From: Podarcis filfolensis
Taxonomy: Eukaryota
Assembly (NCBI GenBank): GCA_964270895.1
Contig: OZ185438.1
Reading direction: 5' to 3' (one strand)
DNA: 64,000 bases
This document shows, piece by piece, positions 12,533 to 25,300 of this stretch. A model generated the notes under the pieces. The model was not told the DNA's origin, searched no databases, and saw nothing but the letters and a program-made list of their open reading frames with translations. The translations under genes and the position numbers were made by a program. Position 1 is the first letter of the stretch; each line of letters begins with the position of its first letter.

Positions 12533-14848
12533 TTTATTCATTTTCCTACTGGTTGGCTTTTCTGGGGGGTTTTATTGACAGTTTATTCCCTAAGTTTCAT
12601 GGCACCATTAAAATAAGAAATAAGACTGGGTAATTGTGTTTCTGAATATCCTTCCCCTACAGTTTGCTTTTCTCTGTTTAAATCCTCTGTGGAGTGTAAC
12701 AGTCTTACAGAACTACAAGTAGGAAGTGTCACAAATGTCATTGTTGAACTTTAATGTCCATAGTAGGAGTTAATTTTTCCAGTCACAAATAAATCTGTGA
12801 AATTCACAAAAATTATACTCCTTTAACCCATCTGATAGTATTTACAAGCTTGACAGATATCTATAAATAGCATAATCCTTAATTTTTCAGATACACATAT
12901 TGCAAATTGATTATTTACATCTTTACCCAGAAACCAATCCCCTTTCCATATACACATGTAGTCTCCTGAAGTAGTGATTAGACTATGGTTCTGCTGCATT
13001 TTAGTGAAGTCCATTTCAATGTAAGAATAAAATGTTACGGTGCTCTAAAACCAAACCAGAGAAAACACATCAACACTAACTGCTAATAAAATCATTTCTT
13101 GTGAAAGACCCAAAATCAAGGTATCAAGTTGTTCACCACATTCGAAATGTACTTTTAACATTCAAGCTGTTGTTCACAAGTATTCAATGTAGAAGGGCCA
13201 TAACAAGTTTAAATACATTTTATCATTTAGATGCAAAATTGAAGTGTGTACATATCAATATTGTGTAGTCTCATTAATTCTTATAACTGAAAGAAGGTAC
13301 AGAGGCAATTTTGTTGAAAAGCGTTTAGGGGGTTGCATACATTTTTCCCTAACTTAATTAAAGTAAATTAAACACAAAGAGACAGTCAGCCAACCTCCCA
13401 TTGTAACTTCAAGAAAAGAAGTGCCCAAATACAAGAGTGTGTTTCTATTTCCAAAAAGAAAACTCAACTTACTTTAACTTTCAAAGCCAAGTACTGGCAA
13501 ATTCATGAGAAACATGGGGCTTGCTTTTTGCTCCCTCTAAAAATAAAACCTCATTTGCTCTTAAGACATGAGAAAAGTAAATCAAGAATTAACAGATACA
13601 CACAGTGTTGGAACACACATACCACACTTTTTCAGAATTCAAATTTGGTTTGCTACTGCCTCCTGCCTCAAAGATATTAAAAACCCATGGAAAGAACCAA
13701 GAATTATCAGTGTTCCTACAAAGCTTGTTCATACAATGAAGGCTGTTCCCCAAGAGGCTGCATATGCTGCAAGAAGAGAATTATTGTGTAAGCAGTAACA
13801 GGAGTGAACAGCAGCTAGGATTGTAGCCACAAGTTTTAAGGAAATGTGGTATGTACAAAAATACACAGTTTGAGAGCTGGAAAAAGTTATATGCACTAGA
13901 CTTATTTACAAGCTTTGATTTTCACACCAATAAAAACACATTTATTTCGTCCTTGATTCCGGGAGCAAATTATACACAGACATTATATCAGTTAAGTTTA
14001 GTTTAGATTTTTTTTTAAAATAATCATTTGTACAATAAATTTACAACTGAAAGTAATCAGTTGGAATGGTGTAACTGCAGTTTGCTGGACCAGAAGAGGT
14101 TCAATAGTAGGACCTTAAATTTCCTCATAACCAGACTGGAAAAGCAGCCAAGTAATCCTTGGCTTTATTTGCTTCTTCTCAGATTACTTTAGAATAAGGT
14201 GCAAATATATATATAGTTATATGGCTCTGTAGTCAATAATAAGTTAACAGTAGTTGGGACAGGAGAAACAAATAAACTTTGGTTTTAAAAATATCAAGTG
14301 AAATATTGAATAAAAGCTATATAGTGAGACTCAATATAGTAACCTTAAATAATTTAAATATCAAACTTGGGGGAAAGCTTGCTCAGTGAAACTTTACTTC
14401 CAACTTAACCACTTATGTGCCACTTCATTACTTGCTTCCTGGTGTGTGTGTGTTTCCCCAGTGGGCTTAAGTAATGGCTCTCTATATGGTATGCATTCAA
14501 GAGTTTGAGTGGGCTAATAAGTTTCATATGTATCCCAAGGCACAAAAGAAGTTAAGTCCTCAAGAAAATATATACACATATTTAAAATCCTGTTGATAGC
14601 TGTAGGATTAAGAATTACTATACAGAAATTTGGATAGCTATCCTGGTCCAGGAAACCAAACAGTTGTGTGACTAGAAAGGCACACACACGTCAGTCATTA
14701 ACAGCTACACTGCAAGGCTTATTGTATGTCAACCTGAAATTTTCTTTGAACAGAAATTTAATTACTCCCCCCGGAAAAAAATAGCAGTTCTGGAAGCTGC
14801 CGAAAATAAAGAGAAAACTGCAGTAAGTATCCTTTATTTCACCAGCAG

Positions 14849-14883
<35 letters not shown>

Positions 14884-15121
14884 CCAAAATTCATTTTACA
14901 CAAACACCCTAAAATAGCAATATAAACTAGCTGACACAAGCATCACTGTACATTTAAATTGATACAATTGTCTGATGCTTCCAGGGCCAGTAAGTGTTGA
15001 GTTGCCATAGGCCTCGTTAGCGTTAGAATGTTTCAAATGAAGAACAATCAGGTTATGATCCCTTAAAGTGCATTCATTTTCAAGTCTCATGTGCATGTCC
15101 ATGCACATGTACAGAGAGCTG
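12533..15121 (-). other. TRAPPC10 3'UTR (extent uncertain) with candidate poly(A) signals
   Basis: Minus-strand AATAAA at 14833-14838, 14164-14169, 13941-13946, 12571-12576 and 12533-12538. The true 3' end cannot be determined from sequence. Confidence 0.45.
14852..14881. repeat. (GA)15 microsatellite, read as (CU)15 in the TRAPPC10 3'UTR
   Basis: Direct reading. Confidence 0.95.
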
Positions 15122-15360
15122 TCATGTGACATTGACCTCCAGAATGTGATCATCCTTGCTGGGAATGACAAGGATTTGCATGCCAGAGCTGGAGTTGAAG
15201 ACCTGTCCGGGTGAAAACGATTGCAGCCGAGGCATTGGTAAACCTTTGTGTTCTGCACTGGCTGCTGAATGTATGCTGCCTCTGCTCTTTATGCTGCTGC
15301 TGTCAGCTTGATCATCCATATTCTTGTCCACAGAGAGATTATCGTTTTCGATCCAACTAT
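15122..15360 (-). CDS. TRAPPC10: TRAPPC10 exon 23 (coding part)
   Basis: aaacag|SWIENDNLSVDK...PMPRLQ...DDHILEVNVT*; 239 nt including TGA. Confidence 0.96.
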
Positions 15361-18300
15361 CTGTTTAAAAAACAAAAATGCAAAACTTTATTCCATGTGC
15401 ATTTATAGTATGAGCTATAATCAATTTAGGGTTCATCACCTAGAAGGAATCAGAAGTCACTGCATGACTTGTTCTTTACAGAAACACTTTTTAAAATCTG
15501 TGCTAAAATGACTGAAGAGAGCCCAAGGCTGGGCAGCTCATGCCATCAGCTCCTGAAAAAACTGCCATTGGCCTGAGAGTGCTCACTCGGGGCAGTCCCT
15601 TTTCCACCTCTCCACAGGCTACAGACTTGGGTGCCCAGAAGGGGAAGCAAAAAAGGCCAGGCCAGGCCAGGGAGTCCATGCCATCAACTCCTGGAAGGAC
15701 AAAAGGTCTGAAACAATTCTGCTGTTTCGCTGTCCCTCGTTTTTGTTTTAGTGATTTACTGAGTGCCCTGGCATAAGGGCAGCATATAAACGCAGTAAAT
15801 AAAGCATTGCAGCGAATGGGGAAGCCCTGGCACATATAGATTTCTGTGCACTTACTAGAACTCCCACAAGAGCAAGAAACTGTTAAATCATACTTCAAGT
15901 ATCTGCCAGTGCCGCGCATAAGAGCGCTGAAAGCATTCCAAGGCAATGATTGCACATAATGTGTGTCATGCCATGCCATCAAGCTACAGGAGAAATGGGA
16001 CTGCAAACGTTCTCTATCAGCAGCCGTCCCATCAAACGATGGGGGCAGACAGAAAAAAGGGGGTGGAAGTCCACAGCCTTTCCACTGACTGCTGAAAAAC
16101 CAGCAATATGTGACTCCTCTTTCCCGTTCCAGCTGGTCATGAGAACTATAATTAAGTGTTAGTGCCTGTCTTCCTCATCTCTCCCAATACCTTTTCTTTT
16201 TGAATTGTGTCTTTTCAAATATAAGCCTGATACTATCTCATTACTGATATTCTGCAAGCCACCCTGGGAGACCCTTCTTGCTGAAAATCACGTGTCTTTC
16301 CAACTTTCTCAGCTGAAAAATTCTAGCACATTTTAAACATTCATGTAAGCACCTAAACAAACTGTTCAAGATTATCCGTGTTTCAGGCCTTTAAACAAAG
16401 CGTTGGAAGGAATACTTTCTTACCTGCATCGAGCTGCATAGAGTGAGCAGAGTAGTGCGGGAGGTATTTAAATAGCCTAACATCAGGAAAAGGGAGGTAT
16501 CCAGCAAAGAGTGGCATGACTTCCATGTGCACTTTGTGGGTTGCCCGAACTGCAATTGGCATAGATATTACCCCTGAGCTCTTCCCACAGACTGCCCAGT
16601 TACTACTATTGTCTACAACTGAAACAAAAGAGAAAACACTATTAAAAGGAAACCGTTACTGAGACCCATTTTTCATTTTGAATACTGTATAAGCCACACT
16701 TATGGGGGAACTACAGAAAATGTCTGATGTAGTCCTTATACAAGCTTCATGAGATAGTCAGTGATGCCGTACAAACAAAATGATTTGAAGAAGATACATA
16801 CACATATTTAAAATCCTGTTGATAGCTGTAAGATTAAGAATTACTATAGATTTAATTCAAGATAATTGGAGGGGGGTAAATTCTTTGGATATTAGAGCTA
16901 CATACACTTTTGGGTGACCTGAGTGACTAAACCACACAAAATGCAGTCCAATTAGTATGCCTACCTTCATACATTAGCTTTGTTGTGCAGTAACCATCAG
17001 ATTCTGTCAATGCTTCGTCTTTGTCCACATCCAGGAGGTCTGAAAGGCGGGTGATCGACACCTCCAGTGAGCACAACGAGCCTGTTTTACAATATTCTGC
17101 CCCCAATGGGGGGGAAATCTCAGCTTTCACATTATATAATGTCTGGCAGGAGCACAATGATATTCATGGTCATTATATACACAAGGTTAAACATTTCCAC
17201 AATTAAACTGATTAGGAAATATAATCTATCAGCAAAATGAGATTGGCAGGGGAGGAGAAAGTCTGTCTTCTACTTTTCCATAAAAAATTGGACCAAGCCA
17301 CAAAAGCTACGGCGAAAGCCTGAAAATCAACTCTGTATCGTAAAAACAAACAAGCCCAAATCGTATTGATGCTAAACAAGTACCAAACATTACATTCAAC
17401 ATGTGATGGCTTCCTAAAACATCATCATGTGGTAACTGCACCATACGGAGGTTGTAACATCTAGAATGGCTTGTCCCATGGGGCACTGCTGTCATGCGGA
17501 AATCTCTATGACACCACTAGCCACTATCCAGCAATGGCCCAGAAATGCCACAAGGTTGTGACAATCCACAGATAATCTGCTCTAAGCACTGCAGAAGCAG
17601 TAAGAGCCACTTGCCAAGCAGTGATCGAGTGCTCTCAATGTGGCAAGTGCCTGGCACAAACCAACCCTTCGAGTATTCCAGAATTACAATATGGAATTTT
17701 AAATTTTTACTCCTGTAAACCATTTTGAGATTGTGTGATAATGGCAAGCAGTATATGAATACTGATAAATAAATAAACATTTGAAAGCCCCACCCCCCCT
17801 CACTCCACAATCTTTTAATGTGTATTCCTTGAATCTGCCTGCTTCCACTCTGGAAAATCTCCAACCTATCTGATCTAGCTGTCAGCGTGGCAAAAACTTA
17901 CAAAAAAGTTTTCCAGCTGGAATTCGTAAGTGTACGGCTTCAGAGACAGTGAGTGCTCTTCAGAAGGTGCTGAACAGAAGTTCACTGAAAACTGGCATTG
18001 CAAAGATGAGGGAAGTTCTTTTGTCCACTTCAGTTCCCATACAAAGAATACTGCTTGCTTAGTGTAGATATGCTGAAAGAGAGAGTTATGAGTTTGTCAA
18101 TAGTCACTCTGGTGTTAGCTAACAAAGAACAGAATATACATACTTAAAAAAAAAAAATTCAATGGGGTGGACAGTGTGTTCGTCAACAGCACTGCATGCA
18201 GCAACCCCTTCCCTCAAGGCTGAATAGTTTGCTCAGAACCCTGGATCCCTCACATTGGTTTTACTTAAAACAAATGTCTAGCTCTTGTGGTTGGCTATGA

Positions 18301-19337
18301 CAGCTAACTACACACAAGCAAAACTGTGTCTGTTTCAGCCCTCTTGGCTGATGCTGGGAGAAAGCAAACCACAAGGCTTGGCTTAGTGTTACAGCCAAAC
18401 CCGAGATTGTGGTTTGCTTTGCTCCCAAATCACTATGTATGGCCAACAGTTGTTCTTGGATTATTGATTGTGGATTGCTGGAACCAAACAAACCATGATC
18501 CATGGTTCTGACATATTGCTAAGTCGCAGGCTGTGATTTGTTTTCTCCCAGCATGAGCTGGAAGGAGCAAGGAGAGGGAAGCAGGCATAATTCGGGTTGT
18601 GAACAGCAAAACTGGGGTTTATGCTGTGAGAATTCTGTGCATGAGTCTCCCTCCATCAATATGGCTGCAACCAACTGCTATTTGGTTTTCCTCTCACAGA
18701 ACTATCTCCAGCAATTGCTATTCCACAATTTTTTTTGTGTGTGTGTAGGACTTGAAACCTGACTCCATTTTCTTTTCTCCTTTTTCTTTTGTATGGTGTT
18801 GAATATGACAAACCCCAGCTAACCAAAAATGGAAGAGAAAGTTTCTAACTCCTTCTCCTGGCCGTGCAGGAGCAAAATATGGAAGCAAAGTAGCATGTGA
18901 GCTAAGGAGGAAGCTAGGTTCATTTATGTTTTCCTAACAGTTTAGTGTGGCATTCAAACACAGTCAATGAGTTCTAATTAGCTGAGGTTCATAATGCTTT
19001 TTCTATAAACTTTTGGGGTCGGGGGAGGGGAACAGATGTGAGAAACAGATGTGATGTTTGTATATTCGTAACATGTATGAATATTGAATTATTTTAATAA
19101 TAAAAATTTATTTATAAAAAAAGCAAGAAAGGAAACCTACCTGTTCAGCTTTGGAGTTTAGAGGATCAAGACTTAAATCTGTGCAGACGCCAGAACTTTT
19201 AAGACTACTGTCAGATAACTTAAAAGAGATATCTGACATGTTCTGCACGCAAACCTGTATGTATTTCCTAAAAATAAAAAGGAAAACATATTTTTAATAT
19301 TGCAAATAGCCTACTTTGTCATGTATTGTATTGTTAG

Positions 19338-19384
<47 letters not shown>

Positions 19385-22300
19385 ATCTATCTATCTATCT
19401 ATCTATCTATCATCTATCTGCTAAAGGCTTAAATAATAGAGAAAAAGAGCTCTACATATTCATAGCACTGTTTAATCATGCTAAAATTACATTTAAATTA
19501 AACAAACCACTATACTCCAAGTCTAGATTATGTTTTTATGTTAGTCTCCCATTGGAAAAGGTGAAATTAAAAAATACTCTACCATATCACTATCTATTTG
19601 TACTCTCAAGTAAGCAGGTATGGCATTGATTTATGAAGCACAAAAGAAGGGAGAAAACAGGCCAGGTGTTCAAAACTCCTTGCCCATTCATATTGTTGTA
19701 AACTGTAGCTGTAATAAGACATATCTTTATGATGAATTAAGAGAGAGACCTTGAGAAAGTTACCTTTTGCCTGCTGATAACAAGGAATGTTTGGCTGTAA
19801 AGGGTATACTGAATGTAAGTGCAATAATGGTGGAGTAAATTGACCATGGACAATCAATGGTTACCTGCAGGCAAGACAGAATAAAGTTATTCAGGTTATT
19901 ATTGAAATTTTAATTTTTCTAATTTCAAATAGTTGCAATATTTCTTAAGAAGTGTACCCTTTATTGGGAGGGGAAATAAGAACATAAAACAAAATCAGAG
20001 TATTTTTTATACATTATTATTTTCTTGTATTTCTACAGTCACTGCACACCAGGCACATTTAATTTGCTTTAGAGCAAGGTAGCGCAAACAGGAATGAAGT
20101 TACAAAGAATCACCTTTTTTTCAGGAGGTGCTGTTTTGTGTATTTCAAGAACAAAAAACTGTGGTTAAAATGTGTTTTTGATGTAGCTTTTGTTCACAGA
20201 GGAAAATATATTTACATTTTACAATATTTTACTGCACAGCTTTCTTTTGTGGTCCCAAAGAACACAGCATTCCTCTAATATTCTGGGTGTGATAAATCAA
20301 TTTATCATCTCAAAGGAAGTAAGTACTTTAACAGGGCTATAAAGTATTACATTATTCACGCCAACTTACTTTTTGGTCAATTGTAGCCATACGATTGCAA
20401 GACATCTCCTCTTTGCTTTTTTTCTGAAGCTCTTTGCTAACCACGTTCTCATTCTCCAGCACACTTACTGAGGTTGATGGTAAATACAAGACTTCGAGTT
20501 CAAAGGCAATCACATGATAAGCAGGAGCCACTGGTAAGCTGATGCTTGTGATTTTCTCAGACGACTGGATCATTAGAGATGCTTCCGATGCCTTTTCTAC
20601 AATTGCATAAAAAATCAATTAAGCTATAATTAAGAATAATCACTTCACTCCAAACACATGGTATTCCTCAAAATAAAGTGTGGCATTGCCTCTAAACCAA
20701 CAAACCACACTGGGTTTTACTGTGTGAGATAACTTTTGGGGACTCTCAGTAGGAATGAAGGGGAAAAAAGGAAACCACACAAGCCATGGTTTACCTTATA
20801 CAGTTAACACAAATCATGGCTTGATATTTGTCTGAATTAACCCACTAGGTAACTTTTTGCAGGTGTTATAACATATTCATCTGATGCCCTTTCTTTGAGA
20901 CAAACATGATCTCAAGACTTTGGCCACTGTACCAAAGTCATTATGCAATCCAGAGACTTACATGGACTGCACGCAACAGTTTGTTTAGTGGCTTCTCTTA
21001 AGCAGTTCTCTATAGCAGCATCCACAACTTGGTGCTCTTCAGATGTTTTGGACTACAAGTCCTATCCTATCTAGCCATTAGGCCATGCTGGCTGAGGATG
21101 ATGGGAGCTGCAGTTCAGGATCATTCAGAAGACCAAATGTTTCCCAGTCCTGCACCACAAGAACTCCACTTGTGCAGAGTTGGATATATGCCACAATATT
21201 TAAAGTACTTTACCTATTTGGAAGCTCTCATAACAAATTCCCTTTCTTAAACACGGATGTTTACGCCATGGAACAGAAAGCTGCTAATAAAGAAGTGCTT
21301 AGAATGGTTTTGATGCACACTTCTGAATCATGGCTATGACTGTGAACAAAAAATTAGTTAGCACGGAGGGTGCTGAGATAGAGAAAGTTAATTTATATGG
21401 TAACCCTTGGGATAACAACTCTGCTCGGAATTGATAAAAGATTAAACTGCTTCCAAATATATTTTTCCTGCCATATGTTGTGCAGAGAATCAGAGAACTA
21501 AAACATCAGAAGCAGCTACTCTACATACTACATTGTACCAGGTTTCTTGAGGTTGTGATCAACAAAAGCTTAAACCTATTATAGGTAAAACAGATTTAAG
21601 AAGTAAATATAAAATTGGAGGCTATGCTCTTACACCTACAATCACCACCCAGCTCCTATGGCATTTCTATATCCTGGCTGCAGGAAGCCCTCTCTCATCA
21701 AAATACAAATATTAGTATAATAATACCAAAACTACATACCCTTTGTGTTTGAGTAAATCACAGCTTTACTCTCTGGATGGTACAAAATTGGCATGGCATC
21801 AGCATTACTTAGCTGGAGTGCATCTCCATTCTTTATGGTATAATGGCCAGTAGTCACTGTAAATTTTACCTTCTGAGGAATCCCAGCCAAAAGGCTGTCT
21901 GGAAAAAAAATGAAGTAGTGGTGAAGAGAAACAATTAATTCTGCTGTCTCAGAACAACCACAATGGCTACATATGGATGATTAAATCTTGGTTTATACAC
22001 CAAGATTGCTCCTGCTTTGCCCTTCCCTTTGTGCAAGCAAAGGAAACGTGTGCTAGCCATTATGTCCAAACTGAGAATCTGTGGTTGATAGCTAGCCAGA
22101 AAGCCAAAATATGAAACCATGGTTGAAACTTGGCTTCCAGATCTTGGGCTTGGGTCCATGTGTCCTGTTTACATGCACAGATAGAGAAAATCTGCAGTGT
22201 TATAATAAAAGAAAAATAATAATGTGCTTGCAACAAGGCCTGGGAGCCACCGTCTCTCTTTAACATTCTACAGCTGCTTGGAGCAGCTAGCAACTAAACC

Positions 22301-25300
22301 ACAGTATGCTCAATTGTGCTGTTGGACCCATGCATATGTTGGTTTGTAAATTGTGGACCAACCCACAAATCGGTATGCTGAACCATGTATGCTCTGATGG
22401 GCAGGGGAAAGGGTAGCTTCACTCCCAGTGGAAACAGGAATCCTCCAGCATCCCTCCTTTTTTGCATATTAATGATCAAAATAATTATGTGAAATGCAAA
22501 CTTCACTTCCTCTAAGTAGGGAAAACCCTACACAGAATTTTCAAGTTGGTGGATTCAGCTGTGGAACAAGTTCCGCAGCAAGAGCCTTCACAGCTAAGGC
22601 TGTATTTCAGCATCTTCCTTGATTGAGAAGCTCTTCTAAGTAAATGAGACGTTCAATAGTTTCCTGCATTGGAAACAGCCAAAATGAACTCCCCAAAACT
22701 GAGGAAAGCCAGGCAAGACAAGGCACGCGTTCCACAATTTTTCACAACCTAGAATGTACTCAGATATTGCAACAGATATTGTAGGAAGTTACTTGGCAAG
22801 AACAGTGGCTCCAGCAGCAAAATCAATTAAAAGTTTCCCTTGGCCTCATTAAGTTAAAATATGTAATGTACATTTATTTCCAAAGCACCAGGTGCATGAA
22901 TGTCTAATTACTCAAGATTTATCTAGCTGTTCTGCAAGGTTACGAGCAAACCATTTCCAATGGCAGCTAGCTGACAAACTTTATTAAAAAGCTATCTAGG
23001 GCTGCCCTTCAATAAAACTATCAAGGCAGTGCAAAAACACATTACACTGATATTAGATAGTGTATTTCAAAATCTTAAGCATTTGTATATTTGACTCTTG
23101 TTGCAAGCTAGTTACTGAGAATTTAGTCCTCCAAATTAGTTCATAAATTGCAGAACATATTTCAAACTGGAAAGTAGCTAATTTAGACACGTAGCAAGAG
23201 AAATTAACATGCATACTTTCAAACAAATTTACCTACCAGTACATGGCTCCACTTTTAGCTGTGGCTCCTGAGAGTAAACATCATACTGCACTATTGGGTA
23301 AATATGAGGAAGGGCAAACTGCATTTTGCCCACTGAAATGCATAACTGCCTGAGTGTGTATGTTCCAGGATCCTTGCCCTATGAGAAAATAAAAAACAAT
23401 ATTCTTTAGGGATCTCAGTTTTACCAGGTGATCTGACAGAACATTTCAAATTTCTGTAAATCACCTGGAGACATATGTAGAAGCCAGAATAACAATAATA
23501 ACAACAATAATAATAATAACTTGTATACAGGAAAAAATATCATTAACATCTTTTCAACACCAGGTAAAAACTTTACTTTTGCTATTATGCTCTGCTGGGC
23601 CTTAAACAGGTCTGCTTTGAGTTAGTTATGATTTTCTTGGGCATATGTGTGTTGCTTTTCAAATTGTATTGAAATTGTCATTGGTTACTATTATCTCTGT
23701 ACTTAATTCTTTTATTTATTTATTTTTTAAAATGTGGGTTTTTTATTCTGTGAGTACTTTGAGTCCCTTGGAGACTATTTTCACTAGGAAATATTGAATA
23801 AATGGTAATTACTATATTCTTAATATAAACATATAGTCATGCAAAACAGGCTACATTGCAATAATAAAAGTTTAGGGCTGCATAGTTGTATGAGCATGTG
23901 GTTGTTGGTATATCCAGATTTTGTATGTATAGAATGGTAAGTGTCCAAATAGCTTGAAGTGTGTTGTTATTAAGTTAATGTCTCCCCTACACTTATAATT
24001 GACTGCACCACATATGGACTCTTGCATAATAAATACACAGTCTTAAAATAGCAGGCTGAAAATCAAATTGGGGTATGTGTGAGAGAAAAAAACCATGTAA
24101 CTTCAAGGTAATTCAACTGTAGTTTTATTTTTCTACTGGCACCCATTTATACAAAACGGGAGAGGGTTGATTATTTAATAACTTCAAAAATATTGAAGTG
24201 TGGTTTATTTAAGGATGCTGGTAAGCAGTTTGCTTTGTGGCACAAATTCATATATGTATTTATTTATTTTTACATCAAAGGTGACATAACTTCTAAAGCA
24301 ACAATTGTTCTCAGCTATGCTGCTAAGCGATGTTTGCTTGTGGTATTTTCAGAACATCAGCCAACATTTGTGTTTACGGTTGCTGTAGAGCACTCTGTAG
24401 AAATACCACTTAAAACGTGTTCATGAACTTTGTGGTAATATATATTAATACAGAACTCATTTATTTGCAATTCCTGTCTGCCGCCAGAAGGTGGCTAGCC
24501 TGTAATTGAATGGTACTGCTGTTCAAATTACTGAAAGGTGTACCACTTGACCTACTACTGCCAAAGGCTATATGCATTTTGTCCCTTGGCCAAAAACTTT
24601 GGCTTGCTAGCACTGGCCTCTGATACGCGCAGTACATTTAGTCAATCTCGCTTGCAGAGAAGTTCTGAAACAGAAGAAGGGAACAACAAAGACCTGCACT
24701 TTGCGCTCCACAATGCTTGAAGAAAGGTTTCTGATACATCGTGGACATTGCTTGAGGATAGCGGAGCAGAGATTTCAGCTAATTGCACTCTTTCAAAATA
24801 AAGTTGCATGAATTCACAATAAAGCTAAAGAAGCACAATGCCTAAGCACTTCAAACCAGTCTAGTCTGTTATGGGAGGCATCTACCCACTTTTAATCCAA
24901 CTCCAGTTGCTTTGCCATTGTTGCCTACTCTGCTTTGAGCATGAATGGCAGTGGCTTCAGGGCAACCAAGTATACTCTACTACACTGGCTGGGGAAAGCA
25001 CATGTAGGCCATACATAGCCTAGTCCTATTTTAGACAAATTGGCTAATATATAGCAAGTGACTGACAAAAAGTGAGCAATCCACTACTCTTTCCTACTAA
25101 AAAAGCATGTACCTATGAAATTCAAGACACTGCAGTAATGAAACATTTGAACAGGCCCCTGATATTATTATTAAAATATTTGCAGGCCACTATGTCATTT
25201 AAAAATATGTATCAAAGTGGTTTACAGCACTGAAACAAAACTGTGTAATAAAAACCACACAACCACAGTTAAAAACAGACATCAATTAACCATTGTGGAA

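Noticed and set aside
15503-16006. 167-aa minus-strand ORF in TRAPPC10 intron 22
   Set aside because: Non-ATG start, no homology recognised, and exons 22 and 23 join in frame without it.
18270-18530. aaaccacaa/ttgtggttt-rich inverted-repeat stretches (also about 20690-20840 and 50840-51010)
   Set aside because: They look like decayed members of a common fold-back repeat family; I could not define ends or a TSD, and there is no sign of an ncRNA.
19300-19629. ORFs with SIYL repeats (also 34774-35121)
   Set aside because: Artefacts of (ATCT)n microsatellites.
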